DNA of 64,000 bases from contig CM082584.2 in assembly GCA_040954595.2 (NCBI GenBank), positions 7,211,919-7,275,918 of the forward strand, in the 5' to 3' direction. This DNA is from Balanoglossus misakiensis. Taxonomy: Eukaryota; Animalia; Hemichordata. Below are positions 31,892 to 44,400 of this stretch, piece after piece. A program made the position numbers and the translations under genes. The first letter of the stretch is position 1; each line of letters starts with the position of its first letter. The notes below the pieces were generated by a model. That model saw only the letters and a list, made by a program, of their open reading frames with translations, was not told where the DNA came from and did no database searches.

Positions 31892-34800
31892 CTACCCACA
31901 TAAAATAAAATTTTACAAGTTTGAGATAGAAATAAAGGAGGTATTAATCTCTGAAATGATTTTGGCCCTAAACAATATTCATCTCTCCCTGTAACCCCAT
32001 GCAGTCTCCTGAAAATTAGCTGGGCTAAGCAAAACAACATTACTGTTTGGGTGATGTGTCTTTCCACGCTAAATTATATTTTGGAGAAGAAACTTGTTTT
32101 AAAAAAGTGATACTCACCACTTTTTGTGGCTTGGGTTGTGGCTTGAGTGCCTCCACCACTTTTGCAGTTGGTCTCGACACCTGATCGTTCCAACACAGAG
32201 GCACTCTATCTTCTATCAATGTGCTGACCCCGTTCCTGGTTTCTGGTTGCTTCATGTACCCATTTTCAGAAGATGCGCTGAAAATTTTTAAAAAATAAAT
32301 TGACATGAAGATCCTGACACTCTGTAAAATTACCATCAGACGTAGAATGAACAAATTCCAATCATGCAACACTGACATTTTAAGTGCATGTACTGTGCAT
32401 ATACAGTGGAACATGTCATTACAGACACCTCTCCAGGCCGGACATCTCTCTATTATTAAGGACAGATTTTTCATGACAAATGTCACAGTTTGAATAGTAT
32501 CTTAACAATTGTATAGTAAGGACACCACTCTATTAAGAACAGATTTTCTGGTCCCAGAGGTACATGTTTCACTCTATTCCTAGAGTGAAGTCTCTCTCAC
32601 AATGGAAAAAGAGAAATTTTCACCAAAAAATCTCCGACTCCAAATGACGTTACGTACCTTCTGCTCCGTGTCACGGCATTTCCTTCTCCCGGCACCATTC
32701 CGTTGATTCCAATGCGCACTTTGCTTCCACTCTTCACCTGCTGGGCCACTTTGTCCCCAACACTGCCCTCTATCTTGTACGACACATCCTTTCCTGTCAG
32801 GGTTCGAGAAAAAGAACGGGTGTATTGAGATTTCGGTTCCCTAGCAACGAAGGAGTAACACCCGGCGACGTGGGGGCAGATGTCACCCTTGTGGGCCAGT
32901 CACGAAAATTTAAAAAGACTCAGTCTGTGTCGTGGTACGACACTATTGTTCGCAGTATCACTGTGGCAATTGGCCAAACCACTAAAAATATTGAAATCAA
33001 TTTGCTAATATCCCGAACATAAAACGCTTGTACAGCTAAACCTCAAGACAGATTAACCAAAACCTACTCTATTCTATGGTCCACAATAACCAACCCGTCT
33101 TTAGCCAAACCTGGCTTTCAGCCACATCACACAAACATTAGGCAACACTTTGTAAGCACCGTATATAACCATTGTGAGCTTTTCTGCCATAAGCCTTTGT
33201 TGTGGAAGAATTTAAAGGGATTAATTCCCTTCAAACTTATACAATTTGAGTTTAAGAAGGTGGGATTTAGTGTTTTACAACTAAAAGATCGCTTTAGCTA
33301 TTCTTTTGAGCCTAAAAGACGGTTGTCTGCTATACGGCAGTCACCGGTCGTTTAGGAATGTCAATAGTGAGGTGACGTGCCTGTCCCGTGGGAAGGCAAG
33401 TCTGGCGAAGACAGTTGGGAAAGTTTATACCAGTAATTGTCTGGGGCGAGTTAACAACAAGACAAAACCACAAATTAAACTCACAACATGACAGAATCAT
33501 GATAGAGTGCAACAGGTACATGTAACAAACGTACTGTCCTGGTGAAATTAGTATTTGGGGACAATCCAAGATGATGGTGAATTTCTGGCTCTGAATCAAT
33601 ACTGTTAGGTTACATGTAAAGTTATCGTTCCTACAAGTATTATGCACTTTTTGAACTTCAATTTGCCTCATAACTGACCCTGCAACACTTAAATATGTGC
33701 CATTTTGGTCCATTTAATGTCTATTGATAACTCGCACCTACAAATAAAAGTGTTTTTTGTATGTGAATGCATGTGTTTGATCTGTCAGGGTCACACAGAT
33801 CAGTCACAGCTAAAACCCAACAGTTCACCAGGTCAGACAGAGAGGCTGCACACTGCATGTATTAATAATTGCGTTATCTGCCAATTTCGATAACAGACTT
33901 GTAATTTTCCGTTTTAGTGATTCAAACAGACTTGCCGACTACAATCAAACATCTGTTTCTCCTTTCCCGCTGAAACTGGAGATTGTTTTTCTCACGACTG
34001 CACGAACGCGCAGATGTTAGACATAAAACAGTTCAATGCAGACTGACCCTGGCACAATAATTGCAGCTTTCGCCAGGAGCTGAGATCAACATGTTTTCTG
34101 TAAAATCTTATGATCAGATCAAAGGATTACAGACTGTTCCCATTCTTATCTTCAAATCCTTCCACAAACAATATCGTTATATTACTTTTTTGGATTGAAT
34201 CTAATTTGAGTGATTATGGGGCCTTTGATGTATTAACTTTAGAATTTGTCAAATTCGATAGCAATTATTTTGCTCCTGTGAAGTTTTACGATAAGAGTTC
34301 ACATTGGTACAGCAGCCTGATCTGTATTGAAATAGACTCAATTTCTGTAGCTGCTCTTATTTCTGTGCTAACAACAAGGACCATAAGTAAAGGACAGTAA
34401 CATGAATAGGTAAAATGTTTTCTATCAGAAACAGTGAAGACTGATATTTTGTACGATACTGATTTAAAGGCCCTTGGACTTGTTTATCAGTGTGAAATTG
34501 AAAAAAAAAAGCGGGGGGTGGGGGGGGGGGCAGAGAAGTCTTATGAATTGTGATGGTTTGCATTTGAAGACACAGTCTGCATCTGGCGTGTTAAAGGGAC
34601 AAAGTCTCTCTCTCGCTGCCCTTTTTTCATTAATTATGTTTGATACAATACACCGTTTATGTTATTCTTCATGTGGATACATAGTGAATCAACATTCAAC
34701 AACACACACCTTCCATCCCGCTTGTATAATATGAGAGTAAAAACTCACCAAAATGAATAATCGGTCTCTACCATTTATTCATTTTGGGCGAGTTTTTACT

Positions 34801-37800
34801 CTTATATCGTAGAAATGTGATGGAAGTTGTGTGTGGTTGAACGTTCATTCACCAAAGCAGACGAAGAAAAAAAAACAGGCGTTAATTACCAGTGAAAGCA
34901 TCCACAACCCGGCCGTGTTTAGTACTCCCTCCACCTCCACCGCTAAAACTGTACCACTGGGCAGCGTTGGGGTCAAAGGTCGTCACTTTCCGACCTTTCC
35001 TCACGCCCTGTCTGGCGCTCTTGTCTTCCGTCTCCCACTTGTTGTGGACGTTGCGGCTGACCTCTCGCAGGGAGGCGGCGCTCTTGGTGGAGCCGTCCCG
35101 CTTCATCTTGACCGTCATGAAGCGGCCCGTCGACTCCAGGTCCGCCGACTTGGAGCGGGGCACCTTGGCCGAGCGGCTCGAGGAGGCTGAAGACATTCTG
35201 TGTCTTGCCTCGCCTGTGAGTGTGACAAAAAAAATTAGGATACATTATGACTGGGTGTATGGTCACAAAAGCATGAAGGTTAATTGTTGTTTACAAATAG
35301 TGAAAACATACTTATATGCAATCAGTGTCAACCAGTATTTCTAGGGTTTTGAACATTTTTGGGTTTCTTTGCGTATTTTTGATAGTTACAACTTCCTGAT
35401 TGAACAAAATCCCACCTACAGTTGAGTATGCATCTACACACAAAATATCAAGGTGATACGTACAGCGGTTCTCAAGTTTTTGAAGTGGATACATACATAG
35501 ATGTTCATACAGACACACAAACTGATCCCAGAAGCTCACATACCAAACAGGAGCTAAAACCAACTGGTGACTCAGCAAAATCACATCATCTACACCTTAA
35601 AAAGGTTTGTGTCTTTCTTTACATACATGTATATTTTTGAATGACAATCCAAATGGCCACATTCAAGCCAAATAGTTATTTTAATTTTCCCAAAATATGA
35701 CGATTTGCTTCACACCAACAACTTTGACATAGAGAACATTCGACATCAAATGAGCTGAATGGATTTCTGCTTACCTGCTGTAAATGGTCGTACTTTAGCA
35801 GTGCTGATCACACGGGTGCGATTTCCTTCAGGAGTACATGGTCTTCTCCCTGTATACATGCGCGAAGAGAGTAAGCAACAGTGTCACAAACAATTAAGAG
35901 AATAATCGATGAATTCATATATACCATGAAGTAACCTCAGCTGACATGACATTAGCACAGATTCAACGAGTGGGGCAAAGTGTTAAAATGCAAACATTTA
36001 CAGAATAATTAATAAAACATACACAACATGAAAAATTTTGCCACACACTGTGAGCACTAAAGCAGGAAATCCTGTAAAAATCACAGACCGACAGACAAAC
36101 TGAGACACACTGGCGCATGCTTTGCATTTTGTCTTTGAAGTTTGCGAGACATGATTTTTTTTAATATCAGAACTGCAGAGCAACAGCAAAGTCATTAAAA
36201 TTGGATTACCAGAAAGCCAGACTTTACAAAGATAGCTTGTGAATGCATCTAACACTGAAGAGTACATCCAGTTTTCAAATCAAAATCAAGCATCGGTAAA
36301 GCATAAAACCAATTAGCACATCTCCAGCAAATAGAGACACGTGTATAATAAAATGCAGGAATTCCACTCTTACCTTTCGATAATGCAGTACTTCTGGGAG
36401 TGATGACCGTTCTGCCGCGAGCGGGTGGTGCCGAGCTCACCGTTCTGCCAAAATCACGAGCAAATCAGTAAAACAAAGTCTGACATCCGTGAATCTTGTG
36501 AGGTTACAAATCGGGAGACACACCCCACTTTTTAAAAGCAGAAATTCTTTTTTGTTCGAGAAAGCACACAAACCAATATTTGCTTTAAGGGGTCCCAGTG
36601 CCCTAACTTCGCGGCGGTCTGACAGAGAATGGAGGATAAACGCTTGTATCTGACTATTCACATGACATCTACAAGCCCGATGACATCACTTGAAGTTCCC
36701 TAGTTACATGTAAGCTTATCAACATAAAGATAATTCAGACTGTTCTACTTTCTTGAAGGTAGTGCAGTGGGATAAATACTGAAGAAATGAATCAATATCT
36801 TCACACATGATTAAAAAAATATAACTTCTTTTCTTTCTTTTTACGCATAATGGCAAAGATTTCGTAAAATTTCATCTGTGCTCCTGTTATTTCGCAAAAT
36901 GGACACCTGAAGAGTTGGCACACCCCCCCCACAAGAAAAATGGCCCAGCCCAGATGTAGACTTTCCAATCTTAATCCTGTGGATGTATTATTTCACCAAT
37001 TCTGTCATTGTGATTGTAGTATTTGCAGAGACCGTTTTTTTCTCACCCAGAAGATTAAGCCAAACACCAAAAGAGTACACACCTCCATTGTCGTTCAAAA
37101 ACTCATCACAATTTTAGATCAAGACACACAGACTTGTCTATGTCATGGAAAAATAAAACCGCAATACCAAACGGGTTATGATTCTTTGCCCTCTACACTC
37201 CAAATCGAATATTTATTTTACCTCCTTTACTTGGGAGGAAATTTGAACTGCACATTTTAATAGCTAAAGCTGCCATATCCCATAAATTTTTAGAACTTTC
37301 AAATTTCAATCTGATCCGAGTGGCACTGGATAATAAACTTATAATGCCGTGTCTGCCAAAACCTTTTGAATATTATGGCTGTTATTACCACAGTGGAGAT
37401 TGGCTTTGGTGACTCAAAAAAATTTATGTTGAAAAGAAGCTGACTCATTTTACTGGCAGAGACAGAGATCATGTTTCAACACGGATCAACTTTTCCCAAG
37501 ACAGACATTAAAACAATTTGAGGGGAAACTAACTGGTGCTTGTCCAAATTTTATTTTATACTGTTCGATATATTTTTCTCAGAAACAGCAGTTATAAACA
37601 CACGCATTTCTGAGTAAGTCAAACACAGTTTTTCAATACCAAATCGGTTATTAAAAGATGAAAAATGTAAAGTTGGAGCGTTTCTGACACTTCTGAAGTA
37701 TGCAACAGTTGCTTAACAAATTAACTCTTTGGAATGGCCGTCATAATTAGCGTGGCCATACCTGCATGTATGTTTGTTTAACATTCCTTTCTCTCTTTTA

Positions 37801-38456
37801 TTTTTCAAAGTCACGTGATCCCTTACAAATAATTGTAATGGCAATTCAACGGGAATCTTGCGAGCTCAAGTCAAACACCTGCAATTAATCCGGCATTTCA
37901 CAGAGAGTGGGGATGGTGGCAGGGAAAACAAATCAATAAAAATACAATTGAACTTCTCGTCCTGGTGAAGATACCAGAGCGAAAGTGTCGGCTTTAGTCT
38001 AACAATACCAAAACACCGAGATCAATATTCACTCGAGGTGGCTTCCATTGCAGTGAATGGAACAGCATCGCATTGTCTGCTTAGAATAATACAGAGTTTC
38101 AATTAAAAGTCATTCGCATTCTGGTCATGCTTTCTCAGATTAGACACTGACATTTTTTTCGAAGACGAGCTTTTCTGACCCTTGGAATGCTAGCTGACCC
38201 CCCTCCCCCCCCCCCCCCCACCAAAAAATCGCACAACCTTATTTTCATTTGGACAACACTTATACTCTTACCTGGTAGCTTTCTTGTAGGTATACTGTAT
38301 CTGCCTGGTCTGTTGCTTTATGATGGTATTAGCGGACAGGTCGTTGATGGCCCGCGTTTCGGGGAAATCGAGATCCACCAACTGGCTGATGATGGTCGTT
38401 GCCGACCTGGGAGGATGATAGCGATACTTGCTTTCCAAATCACCCAGGGAACGATT
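30155..38456 (-). CDS. Uncharacterised large Ser/Arg/Lys-rich, probably disordered protein (at least 895 aa); 5' end not resolved
   Basis: Phase-consistent exons on -: 38456-38272, 36444-36374, 35849-35775, 35213-34890, 32793-32658, 32277-32118, 31891-30155 (2688 nt, open to TAG). GC-rich codon usage; no family recognised. Confidence 0.85.
32118..32277 (-). CDS. Internal exon of the uncharacterised gene
   Basis: ttttcag acceptor, gtgagt donor; EDRVPLCWNDQVSRPTAKVV. Confidence 0.85.
32402..32576. mobile_element. Degenerate Tc1/mariner-pogo-type MITE
   Basis: tacagtggaacatg...catgtttcactcta imperfect termini; internal repeated ctctatt..aaggacagatttt motifs. Confidence 0.45.
32658..32793 (-). 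CDS. Internal exon of the uncharacterised gene
   Basis: KDVSYKIEGSVGDKVAQQVKSGSKVRIGING; phases 1 to 2. Confidence 0.85.
34591..34852. mobile_element. Palindromic TTAA MITE (Kolobok-like), right arm truncated
   Basis: Begins ttaaagggacaaagtctctctctcgctgcc; central hairpin 34729-34807; left arm is the approximate reverse complement of 62581-62722. Confidence 0.75.
34890..35213 (-). CDS. Internal exon of the uncharacterised gene
   Basis: 324 nt, phase 1-1, GC-rich open frame. Confidence 0.87.
35775..35849 (-). CDS. Internal exon of the uncharacterised gene
   Basis: RRPCTPEGNRTRVISTAKVRPFTA; 75 nt, phase 1-1, gtaagc donor. Confidence 0.78.
36374..36444 (-). CDS. Internal exon of the uncharacterised gene
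   Basis: TVSSAPPARGRTVITPRSTALSK; phases 2 to 1, gtaaga donor. Confidence 0.78.
38272..38456 (-). CDS. Most 5' confidently placed exon of the uncharacterised gene
   Basis: Strong pyrimidine tract with cag; NRSLGDLESKYRYHPPRSATTIISQLVDLDFPETRAINDL; gtaaga donor in phase 2. Confidence 0.8.
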
Positions 38457-41400
38457 CTGTGACAACAGGGCGAGGGAGAAAAAAAAGCATAAATTTCTCT
38501 CAAAGCATGCAGGAACAAGGACCAGCTTGCCAATACCAGATTAACGGTGATAAATAATGTACATCGGCTTTTAATTAATTTCCTTTTCTGGGCCACTTGT
38601 CGTATCGATCACACAATGAAACCGATGCTGTCAGCGGCCATCTTGTTTCCTGAAGAAACCTGCAGATGGCATATACGTGCAGATCTCCAAGTCCTTGACG
38701 ACCAAAATATCCTGACCGAGAAACAAGCTGTGCAACTAAAAGAAAAGTTGACACATATCTCAGACTGAAAATCAAATCAGAGTATAATCTGGGTAAACTG
38801 ATTGAAATATCTTCGCCTTAGCAACGCTGAAAGAAAACTGACCGTGCGACTGAATAATTGAACGTACGACAGGTGACATTTGGGGAGTAACTACAATATT
38901 GTATAAATTTTGTTTTTCATCTATAAATTCCAATGAAAAATAAGCCCACCAAATGAATCTAACATATGTTGCTTATTCTAGGGCAGTTAAATCATGTGCA
39001 TGCAAAAAATTAAGAGCAGTACTTTTACTGACATTGGCAACAGAAACATAACATGCAGTTTATAAGATCTGACTGGTGCCAGAATATCAACATGTATTCG
39101 GAAAACACTGCAATGTGTGGTGCACTTATTGGCAAATGCCACCAGCTCAATAAATTTAACAGCCTCTTCAAAGCCATGTTTCTGGACATATATGACCAAA
39201 GGAGGTCACGCAGGCCCACAGAGATTTAGGTCCAAGCTGTGTAAACTGTTATGCTGTATACACAGCTTTGCATTATAGCTTCACCAGAATTTGATTTATA
39301 TCCTTATGATAACAATCCTAATGCAATGTTGACATGTGTATCCTACGAAAAATTGAAGGAATTAACTTGGCAAACTTCAATCATGACCTACTTTTATAAT
39401 ATAGTGACACCTAAAACAAACACCAAGTCCACTACCAGCTATAAAACAGTAACAACAATAAACAATGTGTTTGCTTTTTGGCACTATTGTTATTCCACCT
39501 CAAGTGGCCTTGGTCACATTCAACCTCAATTTGAAGTTTGACAGTTTTTGAGACTAGAAACAGTTTCAAACTGTATCTGAGCGATAATTAACTGGGGATG
39601 AATGAAAAAAAGTCACATCAAACACTGGTCTGGTTTTTGATATAATCATTGTGATATCACTGCAGTAAAAAGTAAGGAGTTTGAGAACACAATAACTATT
39701 AGTTGAATTTTCAGCCAAAAAGACATACAATGACTTAATTCCTGCCGAAATGATGTTTTGTCAAAAGCACGTACAGTATGTCTAGAATTCAAACATCGAC
39801 ACTCCAGTGTATGTACATGTCAATTCAAGATTGCACAAATGGCAAACTCTTAACAGGTCTGAAGGCAAATTCACAACTCAAAGAGCCACTAGTAACAGCT
39901 ACATATACCCATACAGCCAGGTTCCTCACCTGAAATCACCAAGCACTTACGTCACCAGCAGAACCACACAAAAAACTATAAAGTATAAACACAACAATCG
40001 ATCGACGGACACGACAGGAACATGACCAAAAAATCCAGCGTATTGTGTTCAGTCACTCGGAACAACCGTGGCACATGAAGTTCCTGCCCGCCGAGCCGGT
40101 TACTAAGTGTCCAAACTCGAAAGGTCGCCGAGTGCACGACAAGCGAGGGCCTTTTCAAAATGGCTGAGGGTATAAACACTCAGAGCGACAGATAGGGTTT
40201 CCACTTACAGACAACGAAACCGGTCTGCATCCAAAACAGAAGAGGGATATTGTAATCCGTGATGAGGCCCAGTGTGCGGTCCAACAAAAAAGAAACTGGT
40301 GACCAAACATCAATCAATTGCATGACTTTAGCTTTTAGTTTAAGTTGGGTGAAGCGAGTGTGATTTTGTTTTTCAAGTACGTCCCACTCAACATGAACTT
40401 GAATTGAATGGAGTGTCGAAAGATCTCCATGTGCTGGAATTTGCTTGCTGTGAAAAAAGCATGCATGATTCCCCCAAATCACCTTTAGTATTATTTCACC
40501 TTCTGATAACATTGAAGGCAAAAGACAGAAGTATGTGGCACTCAATTTTAACCTGAGAGTGCATGAAATACAAATGTACATACTTACTGTGCAAGCCAGA
40601 TTCCAAAATAATCTTTTCACTTCTTCAGAAAAGAATACAGCGACCATGCAGTTACACACCAATTGCCTTCCGGCCCAGACAATTTTGTTCAGAAAAGCAG
40701 ACAATTTTGACCACAAATCACAATCACAGTGTGCGATACGTACTGCAGAGTCATCATATAACCACGTGGAAACTTTGCCAACTGGCACACAGTGGATGTA
40801 ATACGTACGCAGCAGCAGTGTGCGATATACTCTAAACACATCTGCTGTCAGGGTAAAGAACCATGTGTAAACAAACCTGGCGTGACGGCGGGCTTAGAAT
40901 GCTGTAATTGTAATCGTATACGAGACAGAAGTTTGCGACATATATTATCCAGTTACAGCGTGTATAGGGTCCAATCTCAGACAGCAAGGATTGGCACCTG
41001 GTATTTACTGACAACAAGACTCCAGAGTGTTGTCAGCCAGGCCAGCCAAGTCTGGTATTCGTGGGGGATTCAAGTGTGCGAGAGCCTGCAAGCTCTGACA
41101 TTAACTCCGAGTTAATTAGTTGTAATTATCGGCCAATTATGGCACATTATCTGGGAGGGCTGTGAAAGTAATGAGATCTCAGCTGTCAAGCAGATAGCCA
41201 CAGGGAAACAGATCTATGGTTACAGTTTACACTCCACAGACCTGAATGATTGTACATGTTCAAAACTGTCCCCCGCTGTTATGCAAGTACGTGTTGTGCA
41301 GTTTTTAAAACTTTGATGTCAGAAAAGTCCATGCGATCTTTTAAATGACAATGCCAGAACACTTTCCACTGAACACAAGATCCACTTCTGAAACGGCACT

Positions 41401-44400
41401 CGAACAGGTGGTTGTGTGCCATTCATGTGCATGTAAGTGCACTTGACCACCAACAATTAAACTTGACATTTTCATTATGAAGTTTCACACTCATCTGGGT
41501 GTCTATACATTCCGCAAAGAAGATACAGACACGTTCAGAATACACACACAGCTCTTTAAAGTCCTTTTTACGGGCGTTGCACTGATTGTTCACGATTTAA
41601 GTATTTTGAGAACATTTACCGTCATTGATAGATAACTGCCCACTGGGGGTTACCGGTAATTGCCGAGACAATAGTGGGCCATTTAGCGGGGCCACGTTTT
41701 TCCATTCGCCAGAGGTTCTCTTCCATTATCCTGAGAAATTAAACTTTCATGCCTACCTCACAGAGCCAGCCTGAGTGAATTAATTTTTCAAACATGACCC
41801 AAGGTGAATTGTTCTCCACTATTTAACATTGTCAAGTAACATGCCTCAATTGTTGCTGTGATTCTCAGGCAGCGAAAAGTCAAAACAACTATTAGTATTA
41901 CAATCAAGCCGTGGTGTTGTAAATTAAAAAAAAAGCACAGTTATACTGCTAAGTGAATTGCTGCAGGTACATTCAGTTGTGGTGCAAATGTCTCATCACC
42001 AAATCGTTCAATTCGCCGATACGCCACTTTCTCTCTAAAAATAGCCAAAGATGACCGACGCGAGTCCTTCGAGGAGCCTATTGAAATGCTACACAACAGA
42101 ATAACATTCCACCGTCGTGAACCAAGCGTTCCGCAGTGTGGGAACTGTTCCTGGCCAACTTCAGCATTCCGGACCAGCATTTAGGGGTTTAAAATCACAG
42201 ATACTCCCTTCAAATCTCGTAATATTTTGATGGGAGCGACTCAACCTTCCAACTCAAGGAAACAAGCCAGCTTTACCTTCATAGGAGATTTCACGAATGG
42301 CGGAACACAAAAGACCTTCAGAGCCATCAAAACAAAGTTGTAAACTCAACGCGAGATTAGAGTCATTAACTTGTGAATACTTACTGATCATCAAGGCCAT
42401 GGTCTAGTCCTTAATAAATGCTCAAAGACGGGCCTGTGTTATTTTCAAAAGAATTGATCAAAATTCAACAAAATGTCCTCCCTTGCGCGAGTTATTTCTT
42501 CTCTGTCGCTTGTGTGCGACCAATCGACCACACTGACCACATCTTCCCCTCTCTCCCTCGTGCTGACAAACACTAAAAAGCCAGCGAGTGTATTCTTCCG
42601 GCACAAATGAATCGGAATGATAATCCGCCCGGCCATCAATAACCCCGCAAAACAATCAATAACCGCCCGCCCTCTTATTGTCCTTTAACAGTTACTGAAT
42701 CATCGCCATGGCGACTGCACACACACCCCACCTCAGAGGCGCACTGTCGTAAAGGCATTGTCTGCGATTTTTATTTTAGAAAAAAAAAAGCAACGCAGCA
42801 GAGCTTTACGGGAGGTAAACATCTCTCTCGATCACAATGACGGCTTTTTAGTCTCTGTCTGCGGAGAAATGTTGCCGATGCAACCAGGAGATCTTTGTGT
42901 CACCCTGACAGATTCCCGCAGACAATGACGGGCCAGAGCCCATCTGTGCTCGGCCGTTTGTCCTGTAAAGTCAACCAAACGTACAACGCAGTCGTTGCAA
43001 CAATGCAGGCATTGTGGCCGTGTTGTCATTGCAATGATAACCGCTGAACAAAAAAAGTTGAAAAAGTGACGACAAGCAAACGATCATGTAATCATTGCAC
43101 GAATTTCAATTACCTGTCCTTTGAAAATCTAGTCGAATACCCACTGTCTGTGGCTTTAGATTTGCATTCATACTTATCAGACCACAGATCCAATCAGATT
43201 TAGGGGGATTTACCTAATAGTATGTCACTGAAAGGGAGCAATTATATTCCATAACCTGTTGGATGACAAAACGATTTAGGTCGTAATCTGGACATTTCGA
43301 ATAAACTGTGCCCACTGCATTCTGTTCAATAACAAATGGTCTGTCACAGCCTTTGCTGCTTTGTGCTAGCTCTTTTAAGGTTTCAACTTTTCTTGATTTA
43401 TTTGCTGTGTTTATTAAAATTTATGGCACGTATTGTCTGAAATTGATACAGAGATCAGCTCATTAAAGGGATGGTCTCGTAAAAACCATGTCAGCTTTGT
43501 ATATGTATACTCTCTATTTTGGGGCTTTATGTTTTTTGCTGGTAATCTGTACAGTTTGGTGTGCCATAATAGCTTCATTCTGCAGATTATATAGATTGTT
43601 TTTTTTTACCAATAAACTTGAACTTGAAGAAACAAAGCCCATCTTGACGCACAGCCAAGTTCAAGGTGTACCAGCTTTGTCGCAATGTATCCAACAACTT
43701 GTTTTGGACAAGTAAGACCATTCTGACGAATTCTAGATTACTTGTTTCAAAACCACCCAGGTTTTCCATGCTGTTGTTGTTTTTAGTCAGCTTACTGAGA
43801 AATACCTTTGACCGAATGCAAACAAACAAACAAAGCCCCAAAGACTACTGAATCGACGGCAAGTCAAACCACCAAATACACACAGTCAACAGACCCCAAA
43901 CACTGCATTCATGAACGCCAGACGTCCCCACCACAATGATGTCGAGCAAAGATCTGGACATTCCAACCAAAGCGTTCTGGAACTCCTAGCAGTGACCGAC
44001 CAGCGGTAAGATGGCTGTCTGCGGTGGACTGAACAAAAACTGACCACACATACCTGTCACACACCTCCGTCAACCAGCGACAGGCATCAGCTGTCGCAAA
44101 TATTTGCCACACAGCCAGTCCCGAGACTAAACATACTGGATGTCGACGGAGCGAATCGTCGTACGTCACCTCGAACACAATGCGGCGTGAAACGCACCAT
44201 CAGGTGCAACTAAGCGCGCCACAAAAGGGTGTCAGGGCGAGACTTCTGGTTGGGCGACTCCAGTAATGAGATTTTATTGATGAAATGTCTCGAGAAAAGG
44301 CCATGCATGGACTTTTTTCTGTGATTTATTACCGAACGGTCCCAAACTGCCACGACCAACAGTCAAGTCATTGTCACAGCCAAACATTTGACAGATTTAC

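Noticed and set aside
30728-31903. 391-aa + strand ORF and other overlapping ORFs
   Set aside because: Antisense shadow of the GC-rich terminal exon on -; no splice or domain support
40180-40839. 219-aa - strand ORF
   Set aside because: Non-ATG start and no coding-like composition as a whole; only a 35-nt sub-segment is kept as a speculative exon
43900-44260. CpG-rich stretch with an 89-aa - strand ORF
   Set aside because: No recognisable protein or consistent splice sites; more likely regulatory or an old repeat
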